From NCBI RefSeq assembly GCF_006345805.1, contig NC_043001.1:120900001-120964000 (forward strand): a DNA stretch of 64,000 nt, read 5' to 3'. The notes beneath the pieces are model-generated. The model saw only the letters and a program-made list of their open reading frames with translations. It had not been told where the DNA came from and did not search any database. Positions 39,428-50,329 of this stretch are shown piece after piece. Origin of the DNA: Octopus sinensis. Taxonomy: Eukaryota. Position 1 is the first letter of the stretch. Each line of letters opens with the position of its first letter. Made by a program: the position numbers and the translations under genes.

Positions 39428-39590
39428 ATAACGAAATTTAAATTTTCTAAAGGTTAGTTGCCCGTTTTCAGTTTCAATTTTCCTGTAACAAGCGGATTAT
39501 AAGTGGATAAAACAGTGTATTTGGCTTTAGAATAACCCTCTTTAGCCCTTAATTATATGATATATATATAATATATATATTATATATAAT

Positions 39591-40440
39591 ATCCTTAAAT
39601 CCCCTTAAATCCTTAAAAGTGTTTCAGCCCGAAAGCTGCGGCCATGCTGGGGCATCACAGTTGAATGAGCTACACTAGTATGTGAAACCACCTCTGAAAC
39701 GTGGCACTTGAGCAACAAGGGAGTTCAACAAATCTGCCTGCATCTGTGTTTCCTGCCGAGAAGCAGGTTCATTTGGAATCCCTGACAAGTGATCCAGTTT
39801 AGTTTTAAAGAAACCCACATCCACACCATGCAGGTCTCTCAGGCATTTAGGAAGGATATTGAAGAGCTGTGGTCCCCTGAAACCCAAGCTGTTGCAATAT
39901 CTGATCCTGTATTTTGATGATGATGTTGGGATCTTTGGCACCATCCAATGGCGCCCCGTTCTGCTGTTGGGGTAACTTTGAATGCCAAAATTAAGGACAA
40001 GACCCTCCAGGATTTTTCAGATGTATATCACTGCATATCTCTCCCGCTTTCACTCCAGGGAGAAGAGTTTTAATTCTTTCATTCTTTCCCAGTAGCTGAT
40101 ATGTTGCATTGAGACAATCTTCTTAGTGTAGCTTCATTGGATAGCTTCGAGTTCTGCTGTTAACTTTATATTGTGTCATGACCATAGTTGGGAGCAGTTA
40201 TGTCATCTATATAGCTAGCAAGGGTGGTCATCTTAGCAACTGAGGGCATGTCTGAAAGGGCCACTATGAACAGCAGTGGCCCCAAGACAGTGCCCTGTGG
40301 AACACCGCTTGTTATTTGTGTTTCTTTGGAGATGGCTCCATTGACCACAACTGCCTGCCTTCTATCCTTTAGGAAGTTGTGCAGCGACTCTCCAATCATG
40401 GGTGCACTTGGCTTCATGGGTTCTCTCAAGCACAGCACAT
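39591..40440 (-). mobile_element. CR1-clade LINE 3' fragment, degraded
   Basis: SGVPQGTVLGPLLF and RYCNSLGFRGPQLFNILP peptides; short 3' UTR with hairpin and (TAAGGATT)-like tail at 39591-39616. Confidence 0.88.
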
Positions 40441-41050
40441 TGCCAAAGGTCTCAGTTACTAGTTATTGCTTGTGTGAGGTTCAAAGTTTGAAGATCATGC
40501 TTCACCACCTCACCTCATGTCTTCTTGGGTCTACCTCTACCACAGGTTTCCTCCACAGAGATCGGTACTTCTTTACACAGCTGTCCTCATTCATACACAT
40601 CACATGACCATACCAGTGCAGTCATCTCTCTTGCACACTACATCTGATGCCTTTTATGCCTAATTTTCTCTCAAGATGCTTACACTCTGTCAAACATGCA
40701 CACTGACATTGCATATCCAGTGAAGCATACTGGCTTCATTTCTTTCATGCCTATGCATGTCCTTGGCTGTCACAGCCCATGTTTCATTAACATACAGCAT
40801 AGCTGTTCGCATCAAACAATCTGCCTTTCACTCTGAGAGAGAAGCCCTTTGTTGCCATAAGGGGTTGGAGCTCTCTAAACTTTGCCCAGCCTCATCTTAT
40901 TCCTACGGCTATGCTCTAGGAGCATCCAACTCACTACAAACTTGGTCACCTAGATAATGAAAGCTATCTACTACCTCTAGCATGCCCCCCAGGCAGTTAA
41001 TGGAGTCTATTTTCTGCACATTTTCAGCGTATGGTATATCAATGCATCTT
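40440..41050 (-). mobile_element. RTE family A C-terminal fragment, degraded
   Basis: [14 protein letters not shown]-type peptide; homologous to 54650-55200. Confidence 0.8.
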
Positions 41051-41084
41051 CCACATCCAAAAGTTAGTTTCCCTGTTAACATAA

Positions 41085-41504
41085 ACATACATACATATAT
41101 ATACAGATACGCACCACACACATATATATATACACATACATATATATACATATAAATATATATATATATATACACATATATATATACATATATATATATA
41201 TACATATACATACATATATATATACATATACATACATATATATATATACATATACATATACATATATATACATATATATATATACATATACATATATATA
41301 CATATATATATATACATATACATATATATACATATATATATATACATATACATATATATACATATATATATATACATATACATATATATACATATATATA
41401 TATACATATACATATATATATATACATATATATACACATATATATATACACATATATACATATATACAACATATACACATATATACATATATACACATAT
41501 ACAC

Positions 41505-41535
<31 letters not shown>
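41085..41535. repeat. Complex (TATACA/TA)n microsatellite. Similar arrays at 36855-37058, 44256-44476, 62505-62595, 63058-63164
   Basis: Direct inspection. Confidence 0.95.
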
Positions 41536-41537
<2 letters not shown>

Positions 41538-44255
41538 GTCCTGCCGGTCCTCTCATGCACAGCACACTTCCATAGGACTCGGTCTTCAAGGAAATGACTG
41601 AAGACCGAGTCCTATGGAAGTGTGCTGTGCATGAGAGGACCCGGCAGGACTAGTCAGGCCATATCCCGTGGCCCCTACCTGGGACGTAGTCGATCCACCT
41701 GTGCATACCTTCCTTCTTGTGACACTTGTGAAGACCTGCTGAGGCAAGTGAAAATCAATCAAAATAGATGAACATCAATGGAATTTGTATCTTTGTGGTA
41801 CCAGTGCCTGTGGCACACAAGAAAACCCATCCGAACGTGGCCGTAGCCAGTACCGCATCGACTGGCCTCCGTGCTGTGGGAACATGGTGGCACATAAAAA
41901 CACCATCCGAAGACCCGGCAAGACTAGTCAGGTCATAACCCGTGGGCCCTACCTGGGCGTAGTCAGTCCACCTGTACATACCTTCCTTCTTGTGACACTT
42001 GTGAAGACCTGCTGAGGCAAGTGAAAATCAAATCAAATCAAAACAAATCAAAATAGATGAACATCAATGGATTTGTATCCTTGTGGTACCAGTGCCGGTG
42101 GCACACAAGAATCCATCCGAACGTGGCCGTAGTCATACCACCGCTTGTGGTACCAGTGCCGGTGGCACACAAGAATCCATCCGAACGTGGCCGTAGTCAG
42201 TACCGCTTGTGGTACCAGTGCCGGTGGCACACAAGAATCCATCCGAACGTGGCCGTAGTCAGTACCGCATCACTCGCCATCGTGCTGTGGGCACATAACA
42301 AACACCATCTGGTCGTGGCCGTTCGCCAGCCTCATCTAGCACCTGTGTCGGTGGCACATAAAAAGTAGTCAGTACCGCTTGTGGTACCAGTGCCGGTGGC
42401 ACACAAGAATCCATCCGAACATGGCCGTAGTCAGTACCGCATCACTGGCCATCGTGCTGTGGGCACATAACAAACACCATCCGGTCGTGGCCGTTCGCCA
42501 GCCTCATCTAGCACCTGTGTCGGTGGCACATAAAAACACCTTCCGAAGACCCGGCAAGACTAGTCAGGCCATAAACCATGGCCCCTACCTGGGACGTAGT
42601 CAGTCCACCTGTGCATACCTTCCTCCTTGTGATACTTGTGAAGGCCTGTTGAGGCAAGTGAAAATCAAATCAAATCAAATCAAAACAAATCAAAATAGAT
42701 GAACATCAATGGAATTTGTATCTTTGTGGTACCAGTGCCGGTGGCACACAAGAGAAAACCATCCGAACGTGGCCGTAGCCAGTACCGCATCGACTGGCCT
42801 CCGTGCTGTGGGCACATGACAAACACCATCCGATCGTGGCCGTTCGCCAGCCTCATCTAGCACCTGTGTCGGTGGCACATAAAAAACCATCCGAAGACCC
42901 GGCAAGACTAGTCAGGCCATAACCCATGGCCCCTACCTGGGACGTAGTCAGTCCACCTGTGCATACCTTCCTTCTTGTGACACTTGTGAAGACCTGTTGA
43001 GGCAAGTGAAAATCAAATCAAAACAAATCAAAATAGATGAACATCAATGGAATCTGTATCTTTGTGGTACCAGTGGCGGTGGCACACAAGAGAACCATCC
43101 GAACGTGGCCGTAGCCAGTTCCGCATCGACCGGCCTCCGTGCTGTGGGCACGTAACAAACACCATCCGATCATGGCCGTTCGCCAGCCTCATCTGGCACC
43201 TGTGTCGGTGGCACATAAAAACACCTTCCGAAGACCCGGCAAGACTAGTCAGTCCACCTGTGCATACCTTCCTTCTTGTGACACTGTGAAGACCGGTTGA
43301 GGCAAGTGAAAATCAAATCAAATCAAAATAGACAAAATAGATGAACATCAATGGAATTTGTATCTGTGGTACGAGTGCCTGTGGCACACAAGAAATCCAT
43401 CAGTTCCGTAGTCAGTGCGGTGGGCACATGACAAACACCATCCGATCGTGGCCGTTCGCCAGCCTCATCTAGCACCTGTGTCGGTGGCACATAAAAACAC
43501 CATCCGAAGACCCGGCAGACTAGTCAGGCCATAACCCATGGCCCCTACCTGGGAACGTAGTCAGTCCACCTGTGCATACCTTCCTTCTTGTGACACTTGT
43601 GAAGACCTGTTGAGACAAGTGAAAATCAAAACAAATCAAAATAGATGAACATCAATGGAATTTGTATCTTTGTGGTACCAGTGCCGGTGGCACGTGGCAC
43701 ATAAGAAAACCATCCGAACGTGGCCGTAGCCAGTACCGCATCGACTGGCCTCCGTGCTGTGGGCACGTAACAAGCACCATCCGATCGTGGCCATTTGCCA
43801 GCCTCATCTGGCACCTGTGTCGGTGGCACATAAAAACACCATCCGAGCGTGGCCATCTGCCAGCCTCGTCTGGCACCTGTGTCGGTGGCACATAAAAACA
43901 CCATACGAGCGTGGCCGTCTGCCAGCCTCGTCTGGCACCTGTGTCGGTGGCACATAAAAAACACCATCCGAGCGTGGCCGTCTGCCAGTCTCGTCTGGCA
44001 CCTGTGTCGGTGGCACATAAAAAACACCATCCGAGCGTGGCCGTTTGCCAGCCTCGTCTGGCACCTGTGTCGGTGGCACATAAAATCACCACTACACTCT
44101 CGGAGTGGTTGGCGTTAGGAAGGGCATCCAGCTGTAGAAACACTGCCAGATCTGACTGGACTGGTGCAGCTTTCGGGCTCCCCAGACCCCAGTTGAACCG
44201 TCCAACCCATGCTAGCATGGAAAGCAGACGTTAAACGATGATGATGATGATGATG
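41536..44255 (+). mobile_element. RTE family A 3' end with 5' foldback and tandemly amplified stop-codon/UTR unit
   Basis: Six copies of ga(a/g)gacccggca(a/g)gactagt at about 41634, 41909, 42545, 42893, 43230 and 43506; five 62-63-bp subrepeats at about 43797-44090; common UTR end and (GAT)n tail at 44238-44255. Confidence 0.88.
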
Positions 44256-44284
44256 ATATACATATATATATACATATATATACA

Positions 44285-44334
<50 letters not shown>

Positions 44335-44617
44335 CATATATATACATATATATATATACATATATACATATACATATATACATATACATATATATACATA
44401 TATATATATACATATATACATATATACATATACATACATATATATACATATACATATATACATATACATATATATATTACGGAGATGTACTCGCATAGCA
44501 AGTAATTTGATCTGAGATCGTGTGCTGAAACGAAAACAATTGCAGCGTGGAAGGTGTTTATAAGCCATTTAAGAAACACACAAAAGCCGTTCGATTCACT
44601 TCAACATTTAAGTTTAA

Positions 44618-44667
44618 TTTGTCAAAATATTTTCGTCGCTAAAATCCGCGACCTGTTCACTGACAAA
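44618..44667 (-). ncRNA. Mirror copy of the G3-C8 hammerhead (left arm, sense to the EIF4E3 pre-mRNA)
   Basis: Exact reverse complement of 44698-44747 within a perfect 143-bp inverted repeat. Confidence 0.78.
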
Positions 44668-44697
44668 GTCCGTGCTGCATCACGGAGCAGCACGGAC

Positions 44698-44747
44698 TTT
44701 GTCAGTGAACAGGTCGCGGATTTTAGCGACGAAAATATTTTGACAAA
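44698..44747 (+). ncRNA. Variant type I hammerhead ribozyme with G3-C8 core (GUGAACA)
   Basis: Stem I TTTGTCA/TGACAAA; core GTGAACA(44705-11) plus one extra G; stem II GTCGC/GCGAC with 8-nt loop; GAA then palindromic stem III AATATT; UUU triplet ending at T44740. Confidence 0.78.
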
Positions 44748-44841
44748 TTAAACTTAAATGTTGAAGTGAATCGAACGGCTTTTGTGTGTTTCTTAAATGG
44801 CTTATAAACACCTTCCACGCTGCAATTGTACATATATATAC

Positions 44842-44883
<42 letters not shown>

Positions 44884-46049
44884 TCATCATCGTTTAACGT
44901 CCGTTCTCCATGCCAGCATGGGTTGGACGGTTCGACCGGGGATCTGGGAAGCCAGAAGGCTGCACCAGGCTACGGTCTTATCTGGCAATGTTTCTACAGC
45001 TGAATGCCCTTCCTAACACCAACCACTCCGTGAGTGTAGTGGGTGCTTTTTACGTGCCACCTGCACTGGTGCCAGGCAAACTGGCATCGGCCACGGTCGT
45101 ACTGGTGCATTTTACGACCGATATAAAATCAACACCATCTAATGTCCACTTTTCAATGCTGGCATAGGTTACATGGAATTTATTGAGGCAGATTTCTTAT
45201 AACCAGATGCCCTTCATGTCACCAACTCTCGCCTGTCTCCAAGCAAAGTAATATTTCCCATGGCCAGATGTGTTTTACATGGAAGACTGGAAGTGAACAG
45301 CATTCATTGCTTGTTTGATGGTGATGCTCACAGACAACCATCAATGGAAATCTCAGGACAAAAATACACACATAAACACACACACATATTTATGCAAACA
45401 CACAATGCGCTTCTTTCATTTTCCATCTGCCAAATTTACCCAAAAGGTTTTGGTCAGCTTGGGGCTATAGCAGAAAATACTTGTCCAAGGTGCCACTTAG
45501 TGAAACATGGTTGGCAAGCAAGCTTCTTAACACAGCCACATGCAATAAGCTCATTATTTTAAGATCATCATCATCACCGTTTAACGTCCGTTTTCTGTGC
45601 TAGCAAAGGTTGGATGGTTTGACCAGGGTCTGGGAAGCCAGGAGGCTGCACCAGGCTCTAGTCTGATCTGGCAGTGTTTCTACAGCTAGATGCCCTTCCT
45701 AATGCCAACCACTCCATGAGTGTAGTGGGTGCTTTTTACATGCCACTAGGGGAGGCTGGCAGTGGCCACGATCGGTTGGTGCTTTTTATATGCCACTGGC
45801 ACAGAAGCCAGTCAAGGCAGCGCTGGCATCGGCCATGTTTGGATGGTGCTTTTTACATGCCACCGGCACAGGTATCACAACTACCATTTCCATTTGATAT
45901 TTATTTTGATGTTGATGTACTTGACTCAATAGGTCTCCTCAAGCACAGCAGGTCACCCAATGATCCAAGGTAAGCACAGCAGATCGTTCTGCAATCCAAG
46001 GTACTTTGGATGGGCTGGGGCTGCTATGCGAAACTGGTGCAGGAAGCAG

Positions 46050-46565
46050 CCATGAACTCACATTATTTGTCAGGTCTTTGCAGTCACAGCATATCTCCAG
46101 AGATCTCGGTCTTTCATCATTCGAAGGTCATACTTGACTACTTCATCCCATGTCTTCCTGGGTCTACCTCTCCCCCGGATACATTCAACTGTTTGGGAGT
46201 GGCACTTCTTCACACGTCTGTCCTCATCCATCCACAGTACATGACCATGCCAGCGCAAACATCTCTCTTGCACACCACATCTGATGCTTCTTATGTCCAG
46301 CATTTCTCTCAGTTCGCTTACACTCAGTTGTGTGTGCACACTGACATTACACATCCAGCGGATCATGCTAGCTTCATTTCTTTCAAGTCTACGCATGTCT
46401 TCTGTAGTCACTACCGTGAAGCATGGCAGTTCGCACAGATGCATCGTACAATCTACCTTTCACTCTGAACAAGAGACTCTCTGTCACCTGTAGGGGTTGG
46501 AGCTTTCTAAACTCTGCCCAGGCTATTCGTATTCTAGTGGTGACACTCTCTGAACATCCACTTCC
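46050..46565 (-). mobile_element. RTE family A C-terminal fragment
   Basis: ORF 46070-46444 (ERNEASMIRWMCNV...LRWHGHV...RGRPRKTWDEVV). Confidence 0.88.
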
Positions 46566-46589
46566 ACTATGATTATATCATCATCACTG

Positions 46590-47040
46590 CAATGTGCCAA
46601 TGAAGGAAGGTCCATATGATCAGTCAACCTGCAAGAAATAGCCAAATCTTTCTCAAATCAAACCATAGCCAACTTTAACCCTTTAGTATTCACATTATTG
46701 TATCAAAAGTATTGCTTATTTTTAATTCACATTCTTTTGAATTAATCATGAATTATCTTGTAGTTGCAAGATTTTGATAAGGTAACTATTAATTTTTAGA
46801 ATATTGCAGGGTTAGTGTGAGAAGCCAGATCTGGCCAGTTTAAACATAAAACAGGCAGGACATTTTGGCCAGATATGGTCAATTTCAATGTTGATGAGTT
46901 AAGGTAAAAATGGATACACTGGATATTGTTGTCTTAGATACACTTTTTGTGAAAGAAAACAAACAAGATGGTCATGACTGGAATGCTTTTGACCATTGGT
47001 CAGCTTAATCAGAACTGACCTGGGGCTACAGAATGACAAC
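46590..47040 (+). mobile_element. SINE/LINE-3'-end family D with (CAA)n tail. Others at about 25770-25985(-), 49620-49810, 53050-53220, 57190-57402, 61345-61560
   Basis: Shared ctagaaatagcagc.aaa...catgg/actggaatg.ctttga.cat.ggt...ctgacctggggc.a(caa)n. Confidence 0.65.
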
Positions 47041-47447
47041 AACAATCATCATCATCATTTCAATGATTGTATCAATGACAGCAATTGCAAACAAAAGGAC
47101 GCAAGATATCATACTAGATCAAATGTGTCACTCTTGTAGCAATAATGTTACCAACACAACCACCAGGTTTACTGTTACTACTGCAACTACTGCAACTAAC
47201 ACAATCACTACCACCACCATCATTACAACCACTACTACCAGAATAACCAGTACCATCACTGCACCATCATAACTAAGAAGACAATCACCACCACAAGCAC
47301 AAACCGCACCATCACAACTTCTGTCAGCACAACCACTACAAACACCAACATCACTCCCAATGCTAGTCTCGTAATAAACATCATCATCATCAACACAAGA
47401 AAACAAATCTAAGTGTAAAAAAAAAAGTAATACAAATGTTGGTTTAC

Positions 47448-47514
47448 CTTCTGCCAGGGAATCATTAAGTTGTTCTCCGATGGCAGCCAGCAACAATTCC
47501 TTCCAAAGAGTTGA
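47448..47514 (-). CDS. EIF4E3: EIF4E3-like coding exon, 67 nt
   Basis: Acceptor ttttgtcttttatgttttatag| and donor AAG|gtaaac. Encodes STLWKELLLAAIGEQLNDSLAE(G) (human STVWKELLLATIGEQF). Confidence 0.96.
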
Positions 47515-48049
47515 CTATAAAACATAAAAGACAAAATACAACAGAACTAATCAAGCGAACTATATGCACTTGATAATATTTCACATAAACTCATATTACA
47601 CATGAGAGAGAGAGAGAGAGAGAGAGAGTGAGTGAGTGAGTGAGTGAGTGAGTGAGTGAGGAGTGTGTGTGTATGTGTGCACACACACACATTAGCAACA
47701 GCATGCTGCCAACCTGCCAATACCCTACCTGAGCATGTGGGCCTAAGAATAAAAAAAATAGTTGGTATCATTTCCACAGCATTAACACATCACCTGAACT
47801 GACAAATAGAAGGCTAAATCTTGGAACCTCCTTGAATTTGTCTCAGATCTCTCCCTCTTCTCGTATCTGATGAGATAGGTGAGTCCTGTGCAAGCATGAA
47901 ACTATGTCATATGGGGCGGAGTCAAATTTTTATCAAAAATATGTGTAATTTCTACCAAGTTTATTGAGTGCTTCTCTCATTTGTCCACTCATTCACATGC
48001 ATGCTTATATATATTCAAGTAAAGGTAATAAACCTCATTAAGGTATTAT

Positions 48050-48470
48050 AAATCCAATGAAAATACTGGTTAGTTACCAATCTATAGAGCGTTCAACTAT
48101 AAAGTAACCATATAAACAGCTTCCATTTTTCCTTTTTCTCCTTCTCGATACTCTTTGATATATTAATCTCTTCTTTTCTTTCTTTAAGGCACAAATATAC
48201 ACTACCTTCTCCCCCTATGATGGATTGAGGCATTCTATAAGTGGTTCTTTTTATATATGCTATCCGTTAACGGTTTATAGCCATTATTTCAACATGCATT
48301 TCTAATCGGTATGTCTTTACTACCTCTTAAGAGATTCCTCTTCTAATGATTTTAATTTTATAAATTAATTATCTAAAGACTTCTGAACTGAAACAGCTGT
48401 CAGAGATGTTGTTATATTTTATAATTAATAAATAATTTTGCTAATTAGCTCTCCGTTTTCTCCCTATTCT
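48050..48470 (+). mobile_element. Old Penelope-like 3' end remnant
   Basis: Decayed HHR core, pLTR-like AT-rich tail ending in (TA)n. Weak resemblance to a GIY-YIG C-terminus only. Confidence 0.4.
48338..48405 (+). pseudogene. Decayed hammerhead motif
   Basis: CTAATGA (G5 to A relative to CTGATGA) at 48343-49; GAAA-CAGCTG-TC-AGAG at 48390-48405; upstream ctct could pair as stem I. Stem II is not recoverable. Confidence 0.55.
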
Positions 48471-49218
48471 ATATATATATATACATATATAATTTAAAAA
48501 TTTTACATACACATATATATATATATATATAATTTCAAAATTTCTACAAAAACTACTTAATACACTCACAATATTTAAAATGATTTCTTAAAAGTTATCA
48601 ACTATTCAAAAAGATTTTTTGTATAAAACAGAATGACACAAAGCTTTTGGAAAGTTTTCTTCCAAAAGGTTCAGGTCATTCTGTCTTTCAAACAATAGTT
48701 AAAAACTTTTAAGAGTATCTTTCATTCTATATATATATATATATATATATATTGCATTTGGTTATACTCCATGAGAGTATCTAGTTCATCCTATGATCTT
48801 TTCAGTCAACCTTCATAGGCAGGTAGGTAGGTAGACCTACGCACACTCAGGTATGCTTAATGTACACAGGAAAGAGAAGTAAAAAATTCCAGGCAGAGAA
48901 TGAATAGTAAGAACATTAGTAACAAATAACAATAATATCATAAAACAATAAAAATAATAACTACAACAACAATACTAATACCACTAAAGAACCATGTAAT
49001 TGGGAGTACTTGAAATAAACTAAAATCCCAGAGAGAAACAGACAGACAGACAAAAACATATCAATATATATGATGAGCTTTTAGTTTCCACCCACAAATT
49101 TTACTTAAAAGGCTTTGCTTGACTTGGGGCCATAGGAAAAGACACTTGCCCTAGTGAGACTGAACCTTAAAGCATCTGGTTGGGAAAAGAAGTTAACTGC
49201 ATAAACATGGCTGTGTAT

Positions 49219-49278
<60 letters not shown>

Positions 49279-49945
49279 ACTGGAGTCAGTTTCATTCCAC
49301 CAACAGTTAACAATATCAATAAACATAATGCCATCTTCCCCAAAAATTTTGCATACTATTCAGTTGTGTGTGTGTGTGTGTGTGTATTTCATTTAAGTTC
49401 TTGAGTGAGTTCAAGCCGGCTGCTAACAAAGTAACAAGGTTTTTGAGTTAAGAGAGTTCCCACTGTTTGTAGGTTGGCGTTAGGAAGGGCATCCAGTCGT
49501 AGAAACCCGGTTTTCTGTCCTTGGAAAGTAGACGTTAAATGACGATGATGATAATGATGTGGTTGAGTTGGTAATGAATATCTGTATGAATATGTATGTA
49601 TATATGTAACTTTCATCTAGCAATGTGCGAGTCTCTACGAGGTCGCTTGACTTGCTAGAAATAGCAGCAAAAGTTCCTTAAAATCATACTCTGGTGTAAC
49701 AAATACATTGAACAATGTAGTTGCTGAAATACAAAATGACAAGATAGTGATAGCTGGAAAGTCTTTAATCATAGGTTTGCTTAATCAAAGTCGACCAAGA
49801 GCTAAATAGCATTTTTCTTCCTTTCTCTCACCGAAGGTATTCTGTTTTATTTCCAATTTGATATCGCGATGATAATCATCTCCAAACTATCGATCCGATT
49901 GTGTAGTAATAAAAAGTCTGTAAATGACAAAGGGAGATAACTTAC

Positions 49946-50006
49946 CGTGTAGTTCTTACTACATTTAAAACGCCAGTGACCTCCCTTGCAATTGAATTCA
50001 TCTTCC
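49946..50006 (-). CDS. EIF4E3: EIF4E3-like coding exon, 61 nt
   Basis: Acceptor ttttttctctttaatcctccag| and donor ACG|gtaagt. Encodes (W)EDEFNCKGGHWRFKCSKNYT, which carries the cap-binding WE and GGxW motifs. Too short for the ORF track. Confidence 0.96.
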
Positions 50007-50329
50007 CTGGAGGATTAAAGAGAAAAAAATTGAACATTTATATCAGTTTCAACTTCGACCAAACTAGAAGACAATTTGATTCAACAATTTTTTTTAACAG
50101 AGTAAAATGAACAAATATCAGATATGAGTCTAAAACTGAAATTCCATCATGAAGCAAAATTCAATTTGAAAAACACAAAATTCAGATCAAATTTTAAGAT
50201 TCAAACTTTTTTCTATATTGTTATACTTGGGGAGGGTCATCTTTTTCCAATTAAACACACGTACTATTTATTTGATCATAGTTAATTTTACCTTTTATTC
50301 TTTTAGGCTTGAAAAAGTACCAATCAAGA

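Larger units (their letters stand above)
39058..39561 (-). mobile_element. 5'-truncated Penelope-like element reduced to an inverted pseudo-LTR pair (403-bp palindrome plus 100-bp unique tail)
   Basis: Arms 39159-39357 and 39361-39561 with a CGA spacer; only two homopolymer-length differences. HHR in each arm; TA-array flanks. An inverted 5' pLTR is typical of PLE insertions. Confidence 0.7.
44477..44829 (-). mobile_element. 5'-truncated Penelope-like element with inverted pseudo-LTR (294-bp perfect palindrome plus 59-bp tail)
   Basis: Arms 44536-44678 and 44687-44829 are identical (143 bp) with spacer ATCACGGA. Variant HHR in each arm; TA/CA microsatellite flanks. Confidence 0.7.

Noticed and set aside
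40909-41589. Long YI/MC-rich ORFs (also 463-857, 26757-27226, 44115-44579)
   Set aside because: Translations of (TA)n/(CA)n microsatellites.
41634-44100. Repeat array as CRISPR or as a hammerhead retrozyme array (ctgttgaggcaagtgaaa resembles CUGANGA...GAAA)
   Set aside because: There are no unique spacers and the context is eukaryotic. A6 is missing, stems I-III cannot form, and the unit is homologous to the stop codon and 3' UTR of the RTE at 53973-56235.
47033-47496. Thr-rich mucin-like ORF (+) and 122-aa ORF (-)
   Set aside because: The plus ORF is cryptic trinucleotide low-complexity sequence. The minus ORF is the 67-nt EIF4E3 exon reading through its donor into the intron.
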